Assembly (NCBI GenBank): GCA_026415235.1
Contig: JAOAHM010000037.1
Coordinates: 2,571 to 66,570, forward strand
Length of the DNA stretch: 64,000 nt
Direction of reading: 5' to 3'
DNA from: Ignavibacteria bacterium
GTDB taxonomy: Bacteria > Bacteroidota > Ignavibacteria > Ch128b
Shown one piece after another: positions 8,323 through 21,242 of this stretch. The translations under genes and the position numbers were made by a program. Numbering within the stretch: position 1 is the stretch's first letter; every line of letters begins with the position of its first letter. Below the pieces are notes generated by a model that saw only the letters and a list, made by a program, of their open reading frames with translations, was not told the origin of the DNA and ran no database searches.

Positions 8323-9627
8323 TTATTTCTCAAGCATTTCGATTACAAGTACTCTTCTATTCTTCCAGTATTCTTTTCTAACTTTAGTAACAGGTCTTTC
8401 TTCACCAAACCACTTGGTCATAAATCTATTCTTATCAATACCTTGACTTACTAAGTACTTGTAAACTGTATTTGCTCTCCTTTCAGAAAGCTTCATGTTA
8501 TATGCAGCTGGACCAATTGGACATGCATGACCTTCAATTGAGAACATTACATCTGGATTTTCTTTCATAAACTTCACAGCTTCATCAAGTTTTGCTTTCT
8601 CTTCTTTTCTTAAATCATATCTATCAAATCCAAAGTAAATTGTAACTTGATAAGCTTCTTCTTTAACTGGGCAACCATCTTTGTCAACTTTCACACCAGC
8701 AGGAGTATCTGGGCATTTATCTAAGTAATCTGGTACTCCATCTCCATCACTATCAACTGGGCAACCATTCTTATCTACTTGTACACCAGCAGGAGTATTT
8801 GGACATTTATCTAAGTAATCTGGTACACCATCTCCATCGCTATCAACTGGACAACCATCTTTATCAACCTTTACACCCTTAGGTGTATTTGGGCATTTGT
8901 CTAAATAATCTGGTACACCATCTCCGTCGCTATCAATTGGACAACCAAACTTATCAACTTTAACTCCCTTTGGAGTATTTGGACACTGATCATATTTGTC
9001 AATAACTCCATCACCATCTGAGTCAACATCACTGACGAATGCGTAACTTAAACCTAAAGTTACGGTTGCATATCCATCATTTGAATTTCCACTCTTAATT
9101 CCTTCAAAATAATCTTGGCCTCCAAAGTTGTATGCACCACTAAGATTTAAACTAAAGTTATGAGTAAGTAAATATTTTAATCCCAACTCACCATAAAAAC
9201 CTAATGCTTTGTTATCATCCGCAATCTTTTTGGTGTGGTAAAAAGTATAGTTCAATCCTGCACCTAAATAAGGCAGAAGATTTGATTTACCATAAGCATA
9301 CATTAAACCAAATTTTCCATCATAAACAAAATTTCTATTTGTATTAGCAATCGCAGGCATATCTTTAAATTTTAGAAAATTATAACCTGCCAATAGTCTC
9401 AACCCAAAAGCATGTTCGCTCGATGTTGAGAAGAAATATTCAAAACCGCCTCTTAAGGTTGGGAAATTCAGTTTATTCCCTGGATCAACAAGTGATATGT
9501 TAAAACCACCATCAATTGTTGCTCCGAACCAACCGCTTAGTGGGCTACTTTCTTTTTCTTGTGCTATTAAGTTTAAATTAAAAACAATCATTAGCACAAT
9601 TATTGGAAAAAATATTTTCTTAATCAT
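8323..9627 (-). CDS. OmpA-family outer-membrane protein with N-terminal beta-barrel, 4 tandem thrombospondin type-3 (Ca-binding) repeats and C-terminal OmpA peptidoglycan-binding domain
   Basis: Signal peptide; four copies of DSDGDGVPDYLDKCPNTPxGVKVDKDGCPV; C-terminal FDRYDL...NRRV OmpA_C motif. Confidence 0.85.
   Translation of the reverse strand: MIKKIFFPIIVLMIVFNLNLIAQEKESSPLSGWFGATIDGGFNISLVDPGNKLNFPTLRGGFEYFFSTSSEHAFGLRLLAGYNFLKFKDMPAIANTNRNFVYDGKFGLMYAYGKSNLLPYLGAGLNYTFYHTKKIADDNKALGFYGELGLKYLLTHNFSLNLSGAYNFGGQDYFEGIKSGNSNDGYATVTLGLSYAFVSDVDSDGDGVIDKYDQCPNTPKGVKVDKFGCPIDSDGDGVPDYLDKCPNTPKGVKVDKDGCPVDSDGDGVPDYLDKCPNTPAGVQVDKNGCPVDSDGDGVPDYLDKCPDTPAGVKVDKDGCPVKEEAYQVTIYFGFDRYDLRKEEKAKLDEAVKFMKENPDVMFSIEGHACPIGPAAYNMKLSERRANTVYKYLVSQGIDKNRFMTKWFGEERPVTKVRKEYWKNRRVLVIEMLEK
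8670..9024. repeat. four near-identical ~87-90-bp tandem coding repeats (TSP3 units) inside the OmpA-family gene
   Basis: DNA-level repetition is visible, e.g. tctggtacaccatctccatcgctatcaactggacaaccatctttatc recurs with few substitutions. Confidence 0.8.
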
Positions 9628-9663
9628 TTTAATCCTCCAATTTTTATTTTTAATATAATAAAT

Positions 9664-11133
9664 TTATTTAATTTTTGTAATAACAACCCTTCTATTTTTT
9701 TGTCTTCCAACTTCGGTCTTATTATCCGCAATCGGATAATCTTCACCCATCCCTTCAGAAATTAACGAATTAGCTGGAATTCCTAAACTAATCAAATATT
9801 TTTTCACTGCATCTGCTCTTTCTTGAGAAAGTTTTTTATTTGACGTTGATGAACCTTGACTATCCGTGTGACCTTCTATTCTCCACTTCGAATTCGGATA
9901 TTTTTTCATTATTTCAGCTAATCGTTTAAGTTCAATTTTAGCTGATTCAGTTAATACAGATTTTCCTGCTTCGAAAGTTGTCATACCTTGTAAAACAAAA
10001 ATTTGTTCCTCCGATGGTTCATTCTCTTTTTGCTCTGGACATCCTTCAGAATTCACACTAACTCCTAATGGTGTATCTTGACATTTATCTACATTATCAG
10101 GAACTCCATCTTTATCAGAGTCTTTCGGGCATCCCTTATCATCAACAATTATATTCTGTGGAGTATTTGGGCATTCATCAAAACTATCTAATACACCGTC
10201 ATTATCAGAATCTAATGGACAACCTTTTTCGTCAACTGCAAATCCAGAAGGAGTCCCAGGACATCTATCCAAATAATCAGGGACACCATCGTTATCACTA
10301 TCCAAAGGACAACCATTTTTATCTACAACCACTCCATTTGGTGTATCAGGACATTTGTCAAAACGATCTTCTATTCCATCTAAATCAGAATCCTTAATCT
10401 TTGAAACTGGACATCCAAATTCATCGACTTTGATTCCAATAGGTGTATTTTTACACATATCATATCTATTAGGTACACCATCTTTATCTGTATCCATTAA
10501 ATCACCAAAATAAATTGAAAAACCTCCAATTATAGAATAAAACAAATCTTTTTTAGAATTAACCATCCCATCTATTTCATCACTATTCGGATAATTCAAA
10601 ATGCCAGCAAAATTTAAAGTGAGTCCTTCAGTTAGTCTAATTTTGAAACCTCCCTCACTATAAAATCCCAATGCAACATTCCTCTTTATATCATAAACAT
10701 TTGACCTATTTTGATCTAAAACTTTATACCAATAAGTAGAATACCCTCCAGCACTTATGTAAGGAATAAATGAATTGTAATTTATTATAAATTTTAATCC
10801 CACTCCTCCATCAAGAAAATAAGTCAAAAATTCGGAAGATAATCTTGGTGGATTTCCAATCATCAAATTGTAAGAGCTTTGACCTAATACAGTGCCATAA
10901 CCGCTAAATATTTGTAAACCAAATAAACTCTTTGAATAAGCCTCAAATAAATATTCAAACTCTCCTCGTCCATAAAAACCAAATTTTGATTTTGAAAAAT
11001 CCCCTCGATAATAATTAGCTCCACCACCCACACTTAACCAAAACGAATTACTGAGAGGATTAGGATATTCTCTGTATTGTGAAATGGCGAATACGGGAAA
11101 AAGAAAAATTATTATGAATAATATTTTTTTCAT
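9664..11133 (-). CDS. OmpA-family outer-membrane protein paralog with ~5 diverged TSP3 repeats and C-terminal OmpA domain
   Basis: Signal peptide, barrel-like N-terminus, repeats of DxDxDGVxDxxDxCPxTPxGxxVDxxGCP, C-terminal TDSQGSSTSNKKLSQERADAV...NRRV. Confidence 0.85.
   Translation of the reverse strand: MKKILFIIIFLFPVFAISQYREYPNPLSNSFWLSVGGGANYYRGDFSKSKFGFYGRGEFEYLFEAYSKSLFGLQIFSGYGTVLGQSSYNLMIGNPPRLSSEFLTYFLDGGVGLKFIINYNSFIPYISAGGYSTYWYKVLDQNRSNVYDIKRNVALGFYSEGGFKIRLTEGLTLNFAGILNYPNSDEIDGMVNSKKDLFYSIIGGFSIYFGDLMDTDKDGVPNRYDMCKNTPIGIKVDEFGCPVSKIKDSDLDGIEDRFDKCPDTPNGVVVDKNGCPLDSDNDGVPDYLDRCPGTPSGFAVDEKGCPLDSDNDGVLDSFDECPNTPQNIIVDDKGCPKDSDKDGVPDNVDKCQDTPLGVSVNSEGCPEQKENEPSEEQIFVLQGMTTFEAGKSVLTESAKIELKRLAEIMKKYPNSKWRIEGHTDSQGSSTSNKKLSQERADAVKKYLISLGIPANSLISEGMGEDYPIADNKTEVGRQKNRRVVITKIK
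10038..10491. repeat. diverged tandem TSP3 coding repeats in the second OmpA paralog
   Basis: Protein-level periodicity of ~29-35 aa; DNA identity is lower than in 8670..9024. Confidence 0.5.
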
Positions 11134-11828
11134 CTTATCCTCTCTTTTCTAAATAGATGAATTGAAATGCCTGTTGACAAAATTATAAATGAATCATTTT
11201 TTCTTGAAACAAATCCATCTAATTCATCAATACCACCTTTAAAATACTTAAGAGAAAAATTATAACTGAAATCTCTGTGAATAAATAATCTAAAACCAAA
11301 TTCTCCTGAATATGTTAAAAAAGGATCCCTCTTACTATTCGTAAACAACGAATAACCATTTCTCTCAAGTGGAATAAAGGCAATAAAATAACTCGCTCCT
11401 AACGAAAAGTAGGGAATAAATTTACCTTTGCCTAAGGCAATCGCAATTGAAGGTTCTAACAATACAAAAGGAGTGTTAAACTTTTTTATCATTCTAATTA
11501 AACTTCCATCACCGCTAAGGCGACCTGTTGTCGACTCTCCATTTAATTCACCATAATAACCATGCAATCGCAAACCAGGAGTGAGAAACATCTTAGATGG
11601 AAAGTAATATTCAATTCCAGCACGTGCCGTATAACCAATCCTTGACGATTGAAAATCTGAGAATGGATAAGTAATCCCACCTTCAAAAGTACCTACCCAG
11701 AATTTTTCTAAGGAATTGTACTTTGACCTCAACTCAACAATGTTTTGAGCAACAGACAAATTTTCAAAAATTAAAATTAGGAAACCAAAAGCGATTAAAG
11801 TTTTGACGGAAAATAGATTTCTATTCAT
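11130..11828 (-). CDS. small outer-membrane beta-barrel protein (OmpA-N/porin-like), first gene of the three-gene OMP operon
   Basis: Signal peptide (LIAFGFLILIFENLSVAQ), alternating amphipathic beta-strand pattern, C-terminal aromatic residue; 4-nt overlap with the downstream gene. Confidence 0.6.
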   Translation of the reverse strand: MNRNLFSVKTLIAFGFLILIFENLSVAQNIVELRSKYNSLEKFWVGTFEGGITYPFSDFQSSRIGYTARAGIEYYFPSKMFLTPGLRLHGYYGELNGESTTGRLSGDGSLIRMIKKFNTPFVLLEPSIAIALGKGKFIPYFSLGASYFIAFIPLERNGYSLFTNSKRDPFLTYSGEFGFRLFIHRDFSYNFSLKYFKGGIDELDGFVSRKNDSFIILSTGISIHLFRKERIR

Positions 11829-11852
11829 TATTGAATTCCTATTTTGGTCATA

Positions 11853-11880
11853 ATTTGTAAAAAAAATTATTCCTTGTCAA
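11853..11880 (-). promoter_or_regulatory. putative sigma-70-like promoter for the OMP operon
   Basis: Minus-strand TTGACA, ~15-16 nt spacer, then TACAAA/ACAAAT, ~26 nt upstream of the ATG at 11828. It is unknown whether this lineage uses the Bacteroidetes-type -33/-7 consensus instead. Confidence 0.3.
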
Positions 11881-12061
11881 GTCATTAACTCATTAAAATT
11901 ATTGAAATTATAAAAATAATTTAAAGCAATGTTTTCAAAAAAAATTGTAATTACTTAAAAAACTGAAAAATATTTTTTATTAAATAGAAGGAAGGAATTC
12001 ATACATAGTTTTGGAAAGATTTTTATTTCCTATTTTCTGTAGATTAAGAGATTTAAAAAAA

Positions 12062-12145
12062 AGACTGCCAGAGAGGAGGGGAACTCTGGCAGTAGGAGAA
12101 TTACGAATTTAAGGAGGTCTAAGGAGGAGGTTTTTCTTCTCAAAT
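12062..12145 (+). other. purine-rich GGA/AGGAGG motif cluster with two hairpins (candidate small RNA or regulatory leader) upstream of nadA
   Basis: First hairpin gactgccagag-AGGAGGGGA-actctggcagt, preceded by an A8 run. Then AGGAG, AAGGAGG and AAGGAGGAGG inside a second stem, acgaattt...aaattcgt. The region is strongly G-rich for this genome. Confidence 0.25.
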
Positions 12146-12245
12146 TCGTATACAAATTTCTGAAAATTTTCAAATTATTTCAACTTAAATTTTGTTTTCT
12201 TAAAGAGTTAAAATTACTTTTGCATTTGATTATGGAGATTTTTAT

Positions 12246-13184
12246 ATGTATGTAACTGAAGAAATCGACATCAAAAACGAAATTAAAAGATTGAAAAAGG
12301 ATTTGAATGCTGTTATTCTTGCTCATTATTATCAAGAGTCTGACATTCAAGATTTAGCTGATTTTGTTGGAGATAGTCTCGAATTATCAAAGCAAGCTGC
12401 TCGAACAAATGCTGAGATTATTGTTTTTGCAGGCGTTCACTTCATGGCAGAAACTGCAAAAATTCTTAATCCAATGAAAAAGGTTTTGATCCCTGATTTA
12501 ACGGCTGGATGCTCACTGTCCGATAGTTGCCCAGCTCCATTATTTAAAAAATTTAGAGAAGAACATCCAGATTATGTTGCTGTAACTTATATTAATAGTA
12601 GCGCAGCAGTAAAAGCTCTAAGTGATATAATTTGCACATCATCAAATGCGGAAAAAATAATTCGTTCAATTCCTGAAGATAAGAAAATTCTATTTTCACC
12701 TGACAGAAATCTCGGAAGATATCTTATCAATAAAACTGGTCGTGAAATGATACTTTGGGATGGAACTTGTATGGTTCATGAACAATTTGTTCAGGAAAAG
12801 ATTATAAAACTTAAAGCAGACAATCCTGATGCACTTTTAATTTCTCATCCAGAATGTGAAGAAAAAGTTCTTGATATTTCCGATTTCATTGGTTCGACAA
12901 GTCAACTATTGAAATTTGTCAGAGAAAGTGATGCGAGGAAATTCATCGTTGCAACTGAAGTAGGGATTATCCATCAAATGAAAAAATTTTGTCCTGATAA
13001 AATTTTTATTCCAGCTCCACCTGAAGACTCAACATGTGCTTGTAATGAATGTCCACATATGAAAAAGAATACACTTGAAAAATTATACTTGTGTATGGTT
13101 GAACTTCAACCTGAAATTATTTTGTCAGAAGAATTAATTGAAAAAGCTTACATCCCAATTAAAAGAATGCTTGACCTCAGTTAA
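12246..13184 (+). CDS. nadA: quinolinate synthase A
   Basis: [18 protein letters not shown] and CPHMKK Cys motif; 312 aa. Confidence 0.9.
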   Translation: MYVTEEIDIKNEIKRLKKDLNAVILAHYYQESDIQDLADFVGDSLELSKQAARTNAEIIVFAGVHFMAETAKILNPMKKVLIPDLTAGCSLSDSCPAPLFKKFREEHPDYVAVTYINSSAAVKALSDIICTSSNAEKIIRSIPEDKKILFSPDRNLGRYLINKTGREMILWDGTCMVHEQFVQEKIIKLKADNPDALLISHPECEEKVLDISDFIGSTSQLLKFVRESDARKFIVATEVGIIHQMKKFCPDKIFIPAPPEDSTCACNECPHMKKNTLEKLYLCMVELQPEIILSEELIEKAYIPIKRMLDLS

Positions 13185-14415
13185 TCTGATTGTGATTTTT
13201 TGAGAACTATTCGCATTACACTACCTTTTCCTGGCGAGCTGTATTTAACAAAAATTTTACCTTTGTGATACTCTTCAATTATTCTTTTAGCAAGACTAAG
13301 TCCTAAGCCCCAACCTCGTTTTTTAGTACTAAAACCTGGTCTAAAGATTTCTTTTCTAAATTTTAAATCAATTCCTTTACCTGTATCAATCACATCAATA
13401 AAAATATTTTTATTGTCCGATGAAATTTGATAATTAATCTTACCTGATTTCTCTTCAATGGCATCGATTGAATTCTTCGTTAGATTTTCTAAAACCCATT
13501 CAAATAATTCAGGATTGATTTTTGTAATAAATTGTTGTTTATCTGATTTTTGCCCATTTAATACTTCTATCGAAAGTTCTATGTTCTTTCCACTTTGGGG
13601 AATCCTTCTTTCAAAATAACTTATTACTCGTTCAATTACTTTTACAACATTTTCATTTTTCATCTCAGGGACAGAACCAATTTTAGAGAATCTTTCAGCG
13701 ACTTTTCTAAGTCTTTCAAGGTCATTTTCTATTTCAGAAATTATATCATTTACCTTGTCAGGATCTGTATAATTTATCTTGAGCAACTCAACCCAACCCA
13801 TCAAACTTGAAAGAGGTGTTCCTAATTGATGTGCAGTTTCTTTTGATAAACCTACCCATATTTTGCTATTCTCATTTCTTTTCACATAACTAAAACCGAT
13901 ATATGCTAAAAGAATAAATGCTGCAGCAATTGATAACTGCACATATGGATAATATTTCAACTGCTCAACTAATTTTGAATCACCATAATGTATTTTACTC
14001 AAAACAATCGTATCGGCATAAGTTACAAGAATTGGTGGATGTGTTTCATCCATTTTCTTTATCAAATCAGAAATAAACTTAATTTTTTGTTCACGTGTCA
14101 AGCTTGTATCAATATCTATGTTTCTGATTTGAGTGTGGTTATCAGGGTCAAAGTTGTTTTCAGGATCTGTTAATATTAAAGGGAAATCTATCTCTTGGAT
14201 GATATTTTCAAAAATGAATGTGTAATCTTTCTCAGGTTCATTAGAATTTGCAACATATTCAAGTCCCTTAGCGAATAAAGTTGCAATTCGCTTTTCCCTT
14301 TCTTGAAGTTGTTTTACAACATAATTTGTGTAGATAAGTGTTGCAGCTGCAATAATTATAGCAATTGCGAGAAGAATGAATTTAATATAAAGGGGAAATT
14401 CTCTTCTGAATTTTA

Positions 14416-14419
<4 letters not shown>
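13181..14419 (-). CDS. sensor histidine kinase (two TM segments flanking a ~130-aa periplasmic domain, HisKA + HATPase_c); no response regulator in the window
   Basis: H-box [15 protein letters not shown]; N/G boxes [31 protein letters not shown] and [12 protein letters not shown]. Confidence 0.85.
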
Positions 14420-17616
<3,197 letters not shown>

Positions 17617-17641
17617 ACAAATTACTAATAAAAAATTATTT

Positions 17642-17989
17642 TTATTGTTGTGTTTGATAGCTTTTAACTGCTTCTTCAACAGAATCGTAATGTTCGAAAA
17701 TTGTAATTAACTTAGTAATCATAAGGAGAGATTGAATCTTCTCAGTTACATTAGCAAGTTTCAAATCACCACCACCATTTCGCATAGTTGTTAATGCACT
17801 AATCAAAATTCCAAGACCAGAGCTGTTGATGAACTTTACATTTGATAGATCAATCACAACATTTTTCTTCCCTTCATCCAGGAGTTTGTGAAGTAATGTG
17901 TTTAATTCGGCAGCGTCTGGTCCGCCCATAACATTGCCGTGTAATTCGAGAATTACAGCATTGTAAGCTTCTTTTTGTTTAATTTTCAT
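17642..17989 (-). CDS. STAS-domain protein (anti-sigma-factor antagonist, SpoIIAA-like)
   Basis: VIDLSNVKFINSSGLGILI conserved phospho-Ser region. I place the start at the internal MKIKQKE rather than the track's 18037. Confidence 0.7.
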   Translation of the reverse strand: MKIKQKEAYNAVILELHGNVMGGPDAAELNTLLHKLLDEGKKNVVIDLSNVKFINSSGLGILISALTTMRNGGGDLKLANVTEKIQSLLMITKLITIFEHYDSVEEAVKSYQTQQ

Positions 17990-18062
17990 AAATGTTTCCT
18001 TTTTTTCAAAAATATTTATTGAATAGAATACATACAAAAAGAAAAATCAATTTATATTAAAA

Positions 18063-19208
18063 TTAAAATTCAATTTTTCCTTTTTTCCTTTTCATAGTCC
18101 AGTCGTAAACAATCGCCGATGCAACATAAATTGACGAGTAAGTACCAGTAATAATTCCAATCATGAATGTAAAAGCAAATCCGCGATTTACTTCACCACC
18201 AAAAAGAAGCAATGCTAAAATGACAAGGAATACCGTTCCAGAAGTTAAAATTGTTCTCGATAAAGTTCTGTTAATACTCATATTAAAAAGACTTTTCAAA
18301 TCCATGGTTTTATGAATTTTTAGATTTTCACGAATTCTATCAAACACAACCACAGTATCATTAACTGAAAAACCGACTAAGGTCAAGAAAGCAGCAATAA
18401 CTGATTGCGTAATTTCCAAATTCAATCCTGGTATTAAACCGTTAAACAAAGAAACAAAACCAAGGGTAACCAAAACATCGTGGAAAAGAGCCAGCACTGC
18501 ACCAACACCAAAAACAAACTTGAACCTAAATCCCAAGTAAATCAAAATCACAATCAATGATAACAAAATTGCAATAACCGCATCTCTTCTCAATTCTTTT
18601 CCAATCTTTGGTCCAACTTTATCTTCTTTGATTATTTCAAATTTGTAATTAGTGAACTTTTCCTTTAGTCCTTCTCTAATTAAATCAGAAATACCTACTC
18701 TGATGATTACATCTCTGTTATTCTCTTCTTGAGAATAAAGTCCTGCTTGGAAACCATTAGATAAAAGATATTCTGTAACTAAAGCTGCTGTATCTGGAGA
18801 AGGCAAAGTAACTACAATTGCATTAGCAGTTTTTTCTTTGATTTGATATAATGTATCAGGAACTATGGTTTCAATTGTTTTTCTAAGAGTAGAAACAATT
18901 TTATCGAATTGTTCTGTTGAAATATCTTGAAGTGGAGTTCTTATCAAAACATTCTCAGAAGTAGCTCCAAAGGTTTTAACTTCAACATTTCCAATACCAA
19001 TATTACTTGCCGAAGCTCTTACATCACTTAAATTAACTGGTTTATTGAAACTAACTACTACCTCAGTTCCACCTTTGAAATCAATTCCATATTCAAGACC
19101 TTTAATGGCAACAGTCAATAACCCAAAGACAATGAACGAAATTGAAATGATGTAGAAAATATTTCGTTTACCGAGAAAATCTATATTTATGTTTTCAAAT
19201 AATCTCAT
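18063..19208 (-). CDS. secF: protein-export membrane protein SecF
   Basis: GIDFKGGTEVVV motif, 6 TM in the C-terminal half, adjacent to secD. Confidence 0.85.
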   Translation of the reverse strand: MRLFENINIDFLGKRNIFYIISISFIVFGLLTVAIKGLEYGIDFKGGTEVVVSFNKPVNLSDVRASASNIGIGNVEVKTFGATSENVLIRTPLQDISTEQFDKIVSTLRKTIETIVPDTLYQIKEKTANAIVVTLPSPDTAALVTEYLLSNGFQAGLYSQEENNRDVIIRVGISDLIREGLKEKFTNYKFEIIKEDKVGPKIGKELRRDAVIAILLSLIVILIYLGFRFKFVFGVGAVLALFHDVLVTLGFVSLFNGLIPGLNLEITQSVIAAFLTLVGFSVNDTVVVFDRIRENLKIHKTMDLKSLFNMSINRTLSRTILTSGTVFLVILALLLFGGEVNRGFAFTFMIGIITGTYSSIYVASAIVYDWTMKRKKGKIEF

Positions 19209-19223
19209 ATTTTCTCCTGAATT

Positions 19224-21125
19224 CTAACCGAAGTTTGGTTTCTTTCCTTGTTCAACTAAAACATCAAATATTAATCTTGTGATAAAGAGTTGAGTGAATA
19301 ATGTTGCAGCAATACCAATCATTAATGTAAGAGCAAATCCTTGAATTGGACCACTACCAAATTGATAAAGTATTAATCCTGTAAAGAATGTAGTAATATT
19401 ACCATCGAATATAGCTGAAAAAGCTTTTGAATAACCTGCATCAATTGCTGCTTTTATTGTTTTTCCGGTTTTTAATTCTTCCCTTACTCTTTCATTTACA
19501 AGAACATTTGCATCTACTGCCATACCTATAGTTAAAATAATACCAGCGATACCTGGAAGAGTTAGCGTAGCTCCAAAACCTGCCAAAACAGAAAGAATAA
19601 AGAAGACATTCAACAGAACTGCAAAATCAGCAATGGTTCCTGCAGTTCTATACCAAAAGGCCATGAAAATAATTACAAGTAATCCACCAAGTAAAGCTGA
19701 TGTCAATCCTTTTTGAATTGAATCTTGACCGAGGGAAGGACCGATTACTCTCTCTTCAATAATCTCAACAGGTGCGGGTAATGCACCAGCTTTCAAAACT
19801 ATTTCCAAAAGTTTTGCTTCTTCAAGTGTTCCAATATTTTCAATTTGAGAGCGACCACCTGTTATTTTACTTCTAACTGTTGGTGCTGAAAAGACAACTC
19901 CATCTAATATTATTGCAATTCTCTTATCAATATTATTTCCAGTAATTCTCGCCCAATCTCTTGCTCCTTCAGCATTCATCTCCATTGTAACAATTGGAGA
20001 ACTTGTCTGTGGGTCTAAAGTCGCTCTTGCATCAACAATAACTCCACCTGTTAATTCTGGAGTAGCTTTAACACAATAAAGTCTATAAATTCCTTGACCT
20101 TCGGCATAAAATTCTGGTTTAGCACTCCAAACAAATTTTACATCTTTTGGAATAACATTTTGAACTTCAGGTCTACTTAACATCAATTCAACTTTACTTT
20201 TATCATTTTCTCGAACGAACAAATCTGCAGTTTGTGATTGTGGATTAGGAACTGCTACAGTGAACAAAGGATATTCTTTAGCAAATTCCTCTTGAGACAT
20301 TTGGTCTGGTGATTTCTTAGTCGTATCGGCTTTTGTCGTATCTTTAGCGGTTGTATCTTCGATTGGTTTGCCAGCAAGAACTTTATTAATCTTTTCTAAT
20401 AGAGCAAAAGTAAATTCAGGATCTTTTACAAGATTAAATTCGAGTAATGCAGTTCCTTGAAGTAATTGACGAGCTTCTTCTTTTCTTGCAACACCAGGTA
20501 ACTCGACAATAATTCTTCTCGAACCAGAAAGATGAATGCTCGGCTCAGATACACCATATTGATCAACACGATTTCTAATTATCTCCTGCGCACGAGTGAC
20601 TGCATCCTCTGCTTGCTTTTCTAACATGCTAATTATTTTATCATCATCGTCTCGAATTTCACCAAAATATCGGCTTAATCTGATTCCTCTCTTTTTTGCT
20701 TCCTGAGCAAAAACTTGAACAACTGGTTCTTCACTAACTTTAACAATACTTTCTGTTGCACGGAGCATTTCGTAAAAGTTCTCATCCGGATTTTTTGCGA
20801 GTTTCTCAAGAAGCTTTAAAGTGTTTACTTCAAGAACGATGTACATACCGCCCTGAAGGTCTAAGCCAAGCTTTATTCTTTTTTCTCTGGCTTTTTTAAT
20901 TGAAGGATCAGCATTTCGAATGCTGTCTTCTACTTGTGTTAAATACTTATCTACTTCTGTTGGTTTTGCATTAGGATGCTCTTTTAGATATGCTGCTTTT
21001 CTTTCAGCAAGAATTTGTTGAATTTCTTTTGTATTGAAATAATCTTGAATTGTGGGATATAAAAAATAAATTCCCAAACCGATTAAAGCTAAAATTAAGA
21101 TGATTTTAAATCTATATTTTTTCAT
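19224..21125 (-). CDS. secD: protein-export membrane protein SecD
   Basis: LGLDLQGGMYIVLEV, large periplasmic domain, C-terminal 6-TM bundle. Confidence 0.88.
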   Translation of the reverse strand: MKKYRFKIILILALIGLGIYFLYPTIQDYFNTKEIQQILAERKAAYLKEHPNAKPTEVDKYLTQVEDSIRNADPSIKKAREKRIKLGLDLQGGMYIVLEVNTLKLLEKLAKNPDENFYEMLRATESIVKVSEEPVVQVFAQEAKKRGIRLSRYFGEIRDDDDKIISMLEKQAEDAVTRAQEIIRNRVDQYGVSEPSIHLSGSRRIIVELPGVARKEEARQLLQGTALLEFNLVKDPEFTFALLEKINKVLAGKPIEDTTAKDTTKADTTKKSPDQMSQEEFAKEYPLFTVAVPNPQSQTADLFVRENDKSKVELMLSRPEVQNVIPKDVKFVWSAKPEFYAEGQGIYRLYCVKATPELTGGVIVDARATLDPQTSSPIVTMEMNAEGARDWARITGNNIDKRIAIILDGVVFSAPTVRSKITGGRSQIENIGTLEEAKLLEIVLKAGALPAPVEIIEERVIGPSLGQDSIQKGLTSALLGGLLVIIFMAFWYRTAGTIADFAVLLNVFFILSVLAGFGATLTLPGIAGIILTIGMAVDANVLVNERVREELKTGKTIKAAIDAGYSKAFSAIFDGNITTFFTGLILYQFGSGPIQGFALTLMIGIAATLFTQLFITRLIFDVLVEQGKKPNFG

Positions 21126-21242
21126 AGCAATCCACTCTTTATATGAGAAAATTTAGCCTTCAAATATATTACTTGAGGTTTTGAAAAACAATTTAAAATT
21201 GAGTTTTTCAAATTATATTATGAAAAATTATGCGAATTGCTC

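Noticed and set aside
8246-8446. 66-aa plus-strand ORF spanning the pitA/OmpA intergenic terminator.
   Set aside because: It overlaps the Rho-independent terminator hairpin and the 3' end of the OmpA gene on the other strand, and its sequence is hydrophobic and low-complexity. It is most likely a chance ORF.
8670-9024. Regularly spaced ~87-bp DNA repeats, which could be mistaken for a CRISPR array.
   Set aside because: The repeats are contiguous with no unique spacers between them, lie in frame inside a coding sequence, and translate to the TSP3 calcium-binding motif. They are not CRISPR.
12062-12083. The first hairpin upstream of nadA, read as a simple minus-strand terminator (hairpin + U8).
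   Set aside because: No minus-strand gene lies upstream of it within ~6 kb, since nadA is on the plus strand. A plain terminator role is therefore unexplained. It is kept as part of the GGA-rich element finding instead.
17990-18037. Track start of the STAS gene at 18037 (MYVFYSINIFEKKETF...).
   Set aside because: The N-terminal 16 residues are non-conserved and hydrophobic and run into the secF terminator region. STAS proteins are ~110-120 aa, so the start at MKIKQKE (17989) is preferred.
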